Source: Raillietiella orientalis (taxonomy: Eukaryota). Taken from it: a stretch of DNA of 64,000 nt. Below, one piece after another: positions 11,690-23,100 of this stretch. The stretch is taken from contig JAYWIR010000016.1 of the NCBI GenBank assembly GCA_036172245.1, positions 2,604,001-2,668,000 of the forward strand, written 5' to 3'. The translations under genes were made by a program, and so were the position numbers. The notes below the pieces were generated by a model. That model did no database searches. It was not told the origin of the DNA and was given only the letters and a program-made list of their open reading frames with translations. Numbering within the stretch: the first letter of the stretch is position 1; the number at the start of each line of letters is the position of its first letter.

Positions 11690-11909
11690 CCCGCTAAAAT
11701 CCAGTAATGCTTACCATGATAGTTCTCGAAATGAGAAGATGTTTTTTTTTTTTAAAAAAAAAAACTACTACTTTTCACCTATAGCTATGATACTTTCCAA
11801 CAAAAGACATATTTGTGCATTTTAATATAGAAATAAAATTTAAATATTAACATTAAATGTTTTGGCAATCTTAGATTAAAAACCTGCAGAAGATGCACGA
11901 TTATCGATT
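11690..11909 (-). promoter_or_regulatory. Putative RPA1 promoter: E2F-like site, T12A11 tract, DRE-like site
   Basis: TTTTAGCGGG (minus strand, 11699-11690), T12A11 at 11742-11764 and TATCGATT (7/8 match to DRE TATCGATA) at 11902-11909, all upstream of the ATG. Confidence 0.3.
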
Positions 11910-13830
11910 ATTAAAGAAAAGATAAACCTCAGATCGTGTCTTCAGATATTATAGCTATCATAATTGCGGGAGTTATAACATCAACATTTCAGGACTAATT
12001 CCTGTAACTGTATTGTATTTTCTAGCAGTCGTAGTTTAGTCGTAAAGTTCAAGGGTTCACGTCTTTGTGCCACCATACCATCACCTCTTTCTTTCTCGGT
12101 ATATTCAACAAAGTTATACAATACTTGCATTCTTCCTGTACTCAAAATATTCCCGTTGGACAAATTCTAATGAACTTAGTGTAGACGTATAATATAGGTG
12201 TTATGTAGGTTATTAAAGAGCATAGAATTTACAGGAGATGGTAGCATACTAGAGAGCGATACTCACTCATTGAAAGTAAATCATTATTCTCTTTTTTGGA
12301 AATTAAAATTAACAGTTATTCGCAGAACTGTGAAATCCCCTAATGTAGCGCGTGACTGTAGTATCACCATGCATCTAAGCTGAAATGTGATCTTATGAAT
12401 GATAGTCCATCAAGGAAGGCAAGAATCAAGAAAATTTGTACCACTATTGACACTGCTATTTTAGACAAATCTGTTGGTCAGAGAAAGTAGTATACTCATC
12501 CAGAAGAGTACCTTCCATCCCTCTTCCTCTCTTAGTAGGAGATGGAAGTTCGAAGTTTGGACGCTCCGCGAGGGGCTCAGATCCCTTCTTTGCTAACTCT
12601 GCTCTATTCCCCGCGAGCCTCTGGCTTTTAAAAGCAATTTTGGAAACAGGAGTCGTCTGGTCACATGCTTCCTTGGAGAGGGTCACTTGAGAATCATCGC
12701 ATCTCTGAATAACTGTTTGATGGCCCAGATTCGCGGAATTCTTTGAGACGGGAGGGGTTCTTTCTCAGCCTCTCTTTGATGACGTTGCTGGTCCAAAAAC
12801 GTCTGAGGTGATGACGTTTGATGATGTCTGAGGTGTCAAGTCCTGAGCTTCGTTTGGAAGAGGAGCAACCTACTCTTTTCGTTGCGCTCAGAGTATCCAT
12901 CCTGCAGAGCATCCTAGTCGTCTTGCTTAGTAACTATCGGCCCTCGGACGCGCACATGAATCCAAAGACCAGCCCATGTCAGAAATGCTTCTGTGGCGCT
13001 TCTCAAAGGAAGCAAGCTCTCCCAAGACTACTGGTAGAGGAAGAGGCACACCCTGGAAATACTGCTGATTGGACAGAGAGCGTCAGTCCTCAAATCTCCG
13101 GTCAGCGCAGATATGTGATGACTGAAAGACAAAGAGCCTAGAAGAAGAGAGGATTCCTGAAAAGGAGACTGCTGAAAGGACGGAAAAGAAAAAGAGGAAA
13201 GAGAAATGGGATAAACAGGTCGGACTTGCTTCTCAATGTGATTGATAAGAGGGAATGGGAAGAGAATCGGGAACACTCGCGGGAAGGGTAGCTTTCCACA
13301 TGAGTTCGTGAGACGAGAATGAGATGGGAAAAGACGGAAGCGAGGAGGCTGACGGGAAGCAAAAGAAGGGAAGGAGAGATTTCGAGATACCTGAGCACCG
13401 TTCCAACCTGCCCTTCCACGGTAGGCGTCGGCAGAAAACTCCCATCCATCCAGGAACGCTGTGGGAGGAGCGGAGCAGGACGAAGGTAGGTCAGCGCGGG
13501 ACTGTTCCGAACCCTGAAAGTCGGGTGAAAGTTCCAGCAGCGCATGCTTGTGGGTGCCTGGGTGAACTCCCTAGGAGGATTGCAACAAAACCGGTGATCT
13601 CAAGGAATAGGAGGTAAGGTGAGGTTGGCATGGTTTCCGGCTGGTACTGGGTGGTTGTCTCTCCAGCTGGCTCAGAGCAGCCTCCTCCTCCGGCTTTATT
13701 GGAAGAGCACCACAGCCATCGGAAGGAGCACAGACGGAAGGAGAGCGACCGCAGCAGCTGACGAGGGAGACTGATAGTCCGTGCACGCTCCTTCCAGTTC
13801 CTTTGGTGCTGAGAAGCTGTGCTGACTGAC

Positions 13831-16800
13831 GGCCAAGGAGATCTGGCCCTTCTGCTTCAGGTATGCGAAGTACTTCCGTTCGTTACCCGAGACTTCTTCA
13901 AATATCCCATATCCGCAGCTCAGGAATGTGGAGCAGCACCTTTCCAAAGTGACGGGAGCACAGTCTTCGTCGTCGTTGAACAGCAGGGCCAGCGCTGTGT
14001 GCTGCGGAAAAGATGGTGGTGTTCTTCAGAGCGGTTCGAATGCAGCGGGGGCGTTGGTCGTCACACGCGATCCTCTTGAGACCTGCGCGCCCGCTGGAAG
14101 AGGAAAACCCCAAGCACGGACACACACAAGCATTAGGGAGGAAGGGAAGGGAAAGAAGGGGAGAGAAAGGGACGAGTGGGCTCGATTTTCTTCCCTTCCT
14201 ATACCAGACAAGATCTGCCTGGGAAGGGAGAATAGGAAAAGGAAGGGTGAGGGGGAAGATCGACCAGGGTGTGAGGGGCGGCGGAGGCATCCCAAGCGAC
14301 TGGGCCTCCACTCCAATGCTTATTGTGCCGATGCTCCTCGTCTGTCGAAGAGACGGCAGGTGGAGAGCGAAAGGCGGGGACGGCGAGTCTTCAATCCCTT
14401 CCCATTCTCCTGAACCCAATGTTCTCACAGTGACATCGCGACAGGCGAGTCGAAAAAACTGAAGGCAGTGAGGACACGCGCCGCGAGCGCCCTCTACTCC
14501 TCGTGATCTTTGTTTCCCCTTTCCTCCTCCTTCTCTTATTCTCGCTGCGCAGCGATGCGGAGCATTTCAAGAACGCGCAGGGTTCTCCTTTACCGTCGTC
14601 TCTTAGGAAGCTGCGTCCTCGCTCTTGTTCCCTCCGAAAGAATTCGCAGCGGAAGGAGGCGGGGAGGGGAAAGGGGAAATGCCCGTCCTGCCGCGTCTTC
14701 TTTCTCTGCAGGACGGGAAAGGCAGGGAGGAAAGAGGGCTGGGGGTGCATCCTGCAATCCCCTTCTTGGCTCTGAGGACTGCTTTGTCGTTCAGTGCTTC
14801 CTATTGACCAAACATTTCCGGGCACCCGAGCTGGTTTGCATTGCGACTGAGCAAGGTCGCTGCTAGGGAGCTGTCCCGCGAGCAGTCTCCAGCCCCGGGG
14901 CGACCGCCACTCCCTTCTCCCTTCCCTTCGCTGCCTGCGCTGGCGTGGAAGGTACGCACGGCCCGATCCACGGCGGTGAAGCAGCTCGTGCGCGCACCAG
15001 AGTTGGCGCACGGCATAGACCGAGCATGCGCGCGCATCTGCCGGAGTTGGCGATGGTCAATGATGGGAAGGCGTCCTCCACAACGCCAGAGTGAGCCGGG
15101 CGGAAGTAAGGGGAGGGAAGAGGTGGACATGCAAGCGGCAGCCACCCACTCCCACTGGAGGACGCCGCGGGCATTTCCTTCCGTTCCGCCACAGAAAACG
15201 CCTCTGAGACTCCAGAAGCCCGGTTGTTCCTTCAGTGGCGTTGCTAGTGGCAAAGCGCATGTTTTTTTTTCCTTCTTCCCCAGACGGAGAGGGAGTTCGG
15301 AGGGCGTCCCGCGGAGCTTCCCTCCCGTGACTCCTGCGTCTACGGCGATCTCCCCATGCTGCCCAGGAGAGGAAGGGAGACGTGCGGGAAAAAAGCAGCG
15401 GCGCAGAGGGAGAACGTCCGTCGCTGCAGTGGAGGGGTCTGTGGGGAGAAGAGTCGAGCAGGTGGCTGCCACCCGCGGGCCTCCCATTACTCCCTACCCG
15501 CTGGTCCACGCGACTCCTGGAGACTCTCACATCCCGCCGAGCAGGTGCTGGTGGCACGGCTACCGGTAGAGCGCAGTACCTTCTTCCCCTTTCTTTTCTT
15601 GCAAGAAGACTCTTCTGGGCGCGCGCGCTTCGGGAGAGAGGGGAGGGGGGGGGGAGCTCCGAGGCGCGCGGGCCAATGGCCTCCGCGGAATCGCGCGAAG
15701 AATTGACGAAGGGTGTGCGTGAAGGAGTTGAGAGGGAGATTGGAAATGAGATGAGAGCGTCCAGCACCGTCTCTTAGATTCGCGAAAAAGAGATACTGGC
15801 AAGAAACACCCCGAGGCGCATCTCCTTCCTCTCCCTCACGAGACCAGCCTTCGATGAAGGTCGGAGGATGAGTTCTGCGGCGGAGATCCCTGGACGCCGC
15901 TCTCGGGAGGACCGCGCATGGTTTGCCTCCTTGCCGCTGAGGGGGCGGTGACGGCCGAGAGGGCGCGTACATGGGTGCCCTGCGTGAGGGTGGTCTCCCA
16001 GCAGATGGAAGGTCAGCCGTCTTCACGACCTCCGTGCCTGGAGCGCAATGGCGTTCCTACGCCCGTGCCAGCCGCAGCCGCCACCCCTCCTCTCCCCTTG
16101 TCCGACTGCCCTTCTGCAGAAAGCGCGGGAAGGACGCATCCTTCAGTGGACCACGGCAACCCCGCCGAGTGGCACTCGGGGCTCCTGTGTGTGTGCGCGT
16201 CTTCCGAAAGGGCTCACAGACCCTCTCCAAGGGTGGCTGTGGACGAGATCAACCTCGACCCGATCACCCTCCCCCGGTCTCGTTTGAAACGGAGGAAGTC
16301 TTTTCAGCAGGGCTCCTGGGGGTGAGGAAGGAAGGTGAGGCGGAGGAGAGGTCTCCCCGCCGTAGGTGCCGCCAAAGGATTCCGGGGTTGCCATCGGAAC
16401 CTCGGATCAAACCAACCAGCTGGACATGGGTGGGGGGACGAAGGTGTTCTCGGAGTCCTCCTTGATCGCCGGCTGCAGGCCATGGCCCGCACTGGAAAGG
16501 CGAGGCGGGAAAAGGGGGAGGGATAGGAGGGAGAGAGACTCATCACCCTCCTTCCCTCCTCCTCCCGCGACCCTCCTTCCTACTCTCGGACTGCAGAAGC
16601 AGTTGCGGCGTGGAACCGCTGGCGGACGAGGTTCGCAAGGCATAGGCGAGGGAGGTGGGGGTGGAGGTGGGAGGGCCCTCTCACTCACCAGTTCGGAGAG
16701 CAGCCTCTCGTGCCACCAGTAGTGCTTCCCATAGCAGGTCCTGAAGAGCAGTTTCTCCTCTGTCAGGCGCAGGATGATGTCCTGGGAGCGGAGCACCAGG

Positions 16801-18293
16801 CTGGAAAAGAACGCTATGCCAGGTCGGTGGTCGGCCACCCTCGGGCGGAGTAGCGAGCGCGTTGCTATTTGCATTTGCCTCTGTGAGAGTGGGCGGGAAG
16901 GGAGGAGAGGTTTGGGCGTCCCGCAGGTGGCGCCAGCGCAAATGGCGACGGAACCCTCCGGCGGCAGTAGCGGAAGAACAGAAACATCCCCGGGCGGACC
17001 TCCCACCGCTCACCTGGACCGAGGACGGCGTGCGTGTGAGGGGGGCTGGGGAGGCGCGCTGCGGATCATCCGTTTGCGAGTCGGTAGGTCAGCTCCCCTC
17101 TTTTCTTCCCACGTGACTCCACTGGCGCCGAAATCCGTCTTAAGCGCAAGCTCCATTGGAAGAGGATCGAAACGGGGGATGACGGTGGCGGCATCCGCGC
17201 TGCCGAGGCGGCATGCACTCGACGGAGCCACCTCCGTCCCGCTGTGCGTAGCTCGAGAGAGGCAGAAGCAGCCCTGAGCCATCGCAGAGCGCCACTGGGA
17301 AGCGCGCGGGTGAGGAGGAGGAGGGGAGGCTTTCGCCGAGAACGGGGACATCCTGGGGACGAAGATTGCTGCCCAAGTGAGCCCTTCGGAATTCATCTGG
17401 CGTGCCCCCTCGCGACGCAGGGAGATGGGCGGATGGCGCGTCCGAGGCTCCAGATGCTTGGAGACTGGCGGGGGGAGGACCTAGCGAACGAATCGCTCCC
17501 TCTTCAGGGAGAAGGAGAAAGTCGATCCCAACGGGATATTCCCCCCCCCCCTTCCTTGAGGGGGGGGTATCCTGGGTTCCCCCGCCCGAAATTCCGCAGC
17601 TCGTCGGACGGGCCCTGCTCTCGTGGGGTCAGCGCCCTGCCATGTGTGGCAGCTGCGGTGCGGACCGGCGATGACGCCCCTGCCACGCGGTGGGATTGCG
17701 GGTGGAGGGGCGGCATGGGTTAGGTGCCTGCAGCAGAGGCGTCGTGGTCAGCTTTCCGCCAGCGGGGGACACCGCGGTTCGGCAGCAAGCGAGGCACCGA
17801 CTGGTCTCTTCCTGAGGGGTAGGTGGGAGGCGGGAGAGGGGAGGGATGACGGCTCAGACTGGGGTGCTCCGGGCCGCGGCGGCGGGACCGCTTACCACTG
17901 CAACTGATCGCAGCTCATCTGGGAGAGGAACGGGGAGTCCATCTTCCTCATGACGGAGTGGACGGCGTGAAGGAAGGAGACGGAGTAGTTGAAGTAGACG
18001 GCGTGCATCTCCTGGGCGGCGCAGCGGCACAGCTCCATGTCCAGATCCGGAGCTGAGGGAGGGACGTGCGGCGCGAGAGGAAACGGCCGCAGGGAGCTGC
18101 ACTTGCGAGCCAGTTGAAGAACACGCAGCCCGTGCTCTGGAGCACCAGTAGCGGGGTCCGGTAGCTGGTGTAGTTGAAGGAACCCGTGGCGAAATGGATC
18201 TGCTGTATCCTGGGAAACGTCAGGTGCTTGCTAAAGCGGGGATCCGCGAAGCCGGTCCACTTCTCCAGGCACTGAATGCACTCCTGCATCCTC
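13831..18293 (-). CDS. Core exons of an unassigned multi-exon protein-coding gene
   Basis: Phase-consistent GT-AG exons 18293-18103, 18052-17896 and 16800-16689 join to RMQECIQCLEKWTGFADPRFSKHLTFPRIQQIHFATGSFNYTSYRTPLLVLQSTGCVFFNWLATPDLDMELCRCAAQEMHAVYFNYSVSFLHAVHSVMRKMDSPFLSQMSCDQLQCLVLRSQDIILRLTEEKLLFRTCYGKHYWWHERLLSEL. Further exon 14001-13831 reads HTALALLFNDDEDC...GYGIFEEV...YFAYLKQKGQISLA. Strong GC3 codon pattern; intervening exons are unresolved. Confidence 0.7.
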
Positions 18294-19915
18294 CTGCCAG
18301 AGGGCGGGTTTGGAGCACGCTCGGAAGGAACTAAAGTCGGAAGGGGGGAGGGGCGAGGAGAGAAAGGGGGAGAACGGCGGCGGGAACCAGGGAGACGGGA
18401 GGCTGCGTCCGTCTCCGGGGTCGGGTTCCGTCCGCCCGCAACGCAGTCCTTGCTACCGCTGACGCGGAAGAGTCTGCTCCTGGGGAAGGGTTAAGAAGGG
18501 GGAGAAGGAGCGCCAGTGCTGCGTCAGCAAACTCGCCCTTTCCTCCTTGCATCGCCCTCGTTCCTGGGCACCTGCCCAACGAGCCCTGAAGAGTGCGCCT
18601 GAACGAACTCGAAGGAACTTGGAGACCTGGAGCGCCCTCTCAGGGGACGGGCAACTGAGCTTCTCGCAGAACCGGGCGGAGCGGTCACGAGCGGCGAGGC
18701 TGAGAAGTCGGCCGAGGACGATTCCCTTATCCCCTTGAGAGATTGCGTGAGGGATCACGGGCGTTGCCCTTAGTGCATGACTCCCGGGAGCACAAACAGA
18801 GCGGGAAGATGCGTTTATCCGAGCGGCGTTGAACTCTTTAGAGAAAGAGGAAGACGTTACTTTCAGGCAAGGAAGGAGGGGAGGGGGAAGGTTCCCGTTC
18901 CAATCCTGGAAGGCCAGGAAACTCTCTGGCGGGGGAGGAGAGGAGGAGCATTCTTTCCAAAGAGTCCCAATGCGCAAGAAGCGCAAGCGGGTTCGAGCTG
19001 CTTGCGCTTCCTGCGCCTTGGGATTTTCCGCGTCCGCTTCTTTGCCTGCGGATCACTTTGGAACCTCGGCGCCTCTCGAAGACGGTGCATCTACTCTGGA
19101 AGCTGCTGGAACTGCCGGTCGTCCCCGAAGTGCCATCCATACGAAGCTCCCAACTCTTCGGAGCTCTTTGCCAAAGTGGTGTGAACGGAACAGCTGCTGG
19201 TCGCTTCTGGAGGCGCGCGCTTCTCCCTGCCTCTCGCCTCCGGGCATCCGAAATGAGCCTTGCACCACCAACCAGACTTCCTCCATCCTTTCTAGGGCTT
19301 CCTGGAGCGCGAGCTCCTCCTCGCTTGCCCTGAGGCGGACGCGCACGCACTCCCGGACGGTGCTCAGCCTGCGTCCTTGAAGGATCCCCGAAACCTTTCC
19401 TGTTTGCAGACGCTGCGAAGCAAGGCGTAATCAGGAACGGGTTCGGGAAAACAGGAGGAAGAAGACTGGAGGCGCTCTAGGACGATCGCCGGGGGGAGGG
19501 CGTAATCCCGAAGGCACCCGGGGCGATGGGAATCTGCATGCGCTTCCGATCCACCCACTTGGCGAAACGAGGTGGTGGTTGGAGGATCTCTCAAGCACCT
19601 CCCGAGTGGAAAGTGTGGGAAGCGCGGGATTTTTTTCGAAGCGTCGCCAGAGATCGCTGCTCCGAGAAGACCGAGGAATTGTGCGCCCACCAAAGCCTCG
19701 AAATGGGGGTGCGTGTTGCTTGCGGAAACGCTTCACACCCCGTGCGTCCCGTTTCCTCGGGAGGAGAGGGAGGGAAAGAGAGAAAAAGGACTTGGACACG
19801 AAATCGCCAACAGCGAGCCCAAGACCACGAGACGCACATTCGAAGAAGCCGTGCTCGCGGACCTCTTCCCCTTCTCTCCTGTCGTTTCGTCTTTCAGATC
19901 TAAGGAAATGCTTAC

Positions 19916-20190
19916 TGGCAACCGTAATTGTATCTTCCGAGGAAATCTCCTCCCAGTTGGAACACGAGCAGCGGGGAATACTCCATTTTATATGCCCAGT
20001 ACGGAACGAAGCAGATGTCCATTAGGGGACTCAGTACATTCGTTGAATGGAAAGTGCAAGCCTTATCGACAAAGTTCCTGTGCGCCAACAATTTATGTCC
20101 TCTGGCCGGGTCGGAGCAGAAATGCGAGAGATTTCTCACGAGAGCGTCTCTGAAGAAATCGCTTTCTGCCAGATCTCCTTGAGAGTGGAC
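19916..20190 (-). CDS. Probable internal exon of the same unassigned gene
   Basis: Acceptor tttcag and donor CA|gtaagc flank an open 275-nt frame VHSQGDLAESDFFRDALVRNLSHFCSD...DICFVPYWAYKMEYSPLLVFQLGGDFLGRYNYGC. Confidence 0.55.
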
Positions 20191-23100
20191 CTGAAACACA
20201 GGACCGGGTCTCGCACGCGAACTTTCTCATGCACCACTCCCGCTTCCATATTTCATCCCCCAAGCGATGGGGAGCCCCCTTCTCTTTCGCGGATGTACAT
20301 CAGTCATGCACCGCCTGATGTACGTTTGGGAGAGAGAGAGACGGGGTGTTCGTCCCGTCGGAACTTGGCACAACGGATCGTCTTCTCGTGGGAAAAACTC
20401 CTCCCGGTTCTGTCTAAATGGTGCATGGGCAAACAAACGCCCTCTTCCTTCGAGACGTCCCTCTGGTGAGATCCAAGCACGAATTCCTTTCATCTAAGAT
20501 TTCTTGCGTTGGAGATTTTCGCTGGAAAAATCGATCGGGAAAGGGGCGAGCGTCCGCGAAGCGCCGCGGTAAGAAACCTGCGTCTTCGTCGCTCAAGAAC
20601 TGCGGACGCACTCCCCGAAGGTGTTTGCTGACGCTGAATTTACTGATGTCTTCCGCTTCCTTTCTCCTCGGTTTTTGCTTGCCTTTGCGACGCTGGGGCA
20701 TGTCCGCTCCCGCTACCCATTATGCGCAGTTTGGAGGCACTGTCCCGCGGTTCACACGCGGGATCCCGATGAGGGCGGGGTGGGAACTCTCCCGTCCAGG
20801 ATACCCAAAGCTGCAGCGAGTCGAGGAAAGAAGCAGCGGCAGAGACTGGGAGCGTCAGCGTTAATTCGCACTGTCTACGACAGCCCATCGGGAAAGTCAA
20901 GAGCTCCGGCAGGGAACTCTTGAAATGGCATCTTCCCGCTCAGGAAAAAAGCTCCAAACAGATGGGATCCTTTCGTCGCAGGCAAAAAGACGCGACATGA
21001 GAACGCATGAGTGGTCCTCACGAGAGGAAAGAGAGTGTGATGCTCACATGAGGGCGAGGTGGTGACGGTTCCCTCGTGAGCGTTCAGGAACGTCTCTTAT
21101 TCCTGCGCACACGCAGATGAAAGAGGTGATCTGCGCCAAGCGACCGCCAAATTCAGAAGGTTCATCATCGAGATGGAATCGGAGAGTGGAACCATCAAGG
21201 GAGCATTCTCGTGGTCACACCCGAGCTACCGAAGCGCTTTCGCTGAAGAGAGAACATCTTGGAAACGAAGCGAGTCTTCGAGTGAAACTGCATTGTACCA
21301 AGCGGGATGAGCACTTTCCTTCAATTTATTGGCCTTAGGAATTCTAGGCGGCGAAAACGAAGCAGCAGAGAGTCAGGGGCTGCGGGAATCTAGAAGTCCG
21401 CCAAACATACCCTTACTCTCTCCCCCTCTCCCCTCCTCCACCCCCCACGGAATAGCCTTCCGCATCGCAGGTTCGAAAGAAACCGAGCCAAATCCCTCGA
21501 GCCACTGCGGCCATCTCGGCACCCTTAACCGGAGTGAATCCTCTAATGGCCAGGAAAGGAAGCTTCGTCACGCTCCTGTTCCTTGGAAGACCTGGAAACA
21601 GCAGGATTTGGCTCACAAGGAGAACGCGCAAATGAAAATGCACTCCCTGACCTTTGGACCAGGTCCGAATAGGGAGGTCACACGCAGAAATGCGAGGGAT
21701 AGAACGAATCTGGTAATGACGATTCCTCCTCGGAGTTGCGTGGATGCCGCCTCCCTTCCTCTTGCAACCGAGAAACAATTTGTTGCTGGGCCGTGCCAGG
21801 AAGGAATGCGCTCGCATGGCGACGGAACTTTCGCAGCTCCAGCTGAGACAGATTTATGCAAACTGGTACCAAAGACCTTTGGGAGACGCCGACCCGCATA
21901 GGAAGGCGGGAGGACGGATGTGCTGACGTTCGCCACTCGTTCGGGAGGAATTATTCCTTCCTTATTGTTCCTTTCCTTCGAACACCCACGGAATCGACTT
22001 GGAAACGATAGGGGGCTGAAGGCAGCAGCACCCTGCGCAACGTTACACGCTCCAAGATGCTCGGCAAAAAAGGCAGATTACTACAAGCACAGCTCTGTCT
22101 TCATCAATGGATCGAGACGCGTGATGGAACGCGAAACTCCAATAACGCGGAATTTTATTGCCCTCCAACTGAACTCGGGGCCGCTCGCCGACGCATCGCG
22201 CACGCGGATGAGGCGCCGTGCGATCCCGGCGCAAACCCTGGAATGCTCGTTCCTCGCATCTCCTTTTCGAGACACCTTTTTATATCCTGTAATGCGGGCT
22301 CGGTGTGGGACCATGAATTGATGGCTGCTCCATAATGTATAGAATGTGGATACGACTGGTCCGGGCGATCGGAAGATGGGTCGTTTCGCCGCCTAATTGG
22401 TCAACTTGAGGAAGTCGGTCCGAGAACGGCTCATTTTTACTAGACATCAGTCCACTACATTAAAGGCGCGTGTGATTTTCAGGATCAGCTTTCCAGCCTG
22501 GGCCAGATGCGCATCTCGGCTTCCGGGCTCGTGGTGGCTTATTGCGAAAGAAGGGCAATCAGCCAGTCCTGGCCTTCGTGGCTCAGAACGACTTTATAGG
22601 TCGAATGTTGATAAAAGCGTTCGCGTTTTCGCGGAGCTCCCATCTTCCGTTGCTCGGGAGGTTCGATGTCCAGCGTTCGCGTTCCATACGTGCGTGGATA
22701 CGCAGACGATCCCTAATCGCAACCCGACCTCATAACTGTCAACCAGCATGAGGTCTCAGGAACGAAGCCCCCTGAGCTTGGTGGCTCCCGTATGCGCGAG
22801 CGACGACAACTCGGCAACCCACCGGCAACTCGGACAAAGGGCAGAGCTCGGCCGCAACTCACCATCCCTCACTCTCAGCCGAGGAGGCGGGGAATTAGGG
22901 GCTCGAGTTTTCCTCACCTCGCATCGCTTTGACACGGCCGCATCGGATGCAGCCGAAAAGCATCTTCGCCTTCCCAGTGTCCATGTCAGCGGCATGCCCT
23001 CTCGCTTCTGGCTTCAGTAGAATTTTCAAGAAAACCCGATGCCCATTCTTTTATCGCCCGGTCCAGCGAGGCAACTTTGCGGCCGTTCCTATGTGCTGTC

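Noticed and set aside
16689..16800. Faint recalled similarity of FRTCYGKHYWWHERLLSEL to TEX15-type domains
   Set aside because: Too short and from memory only; it needs a profile search before any name is given
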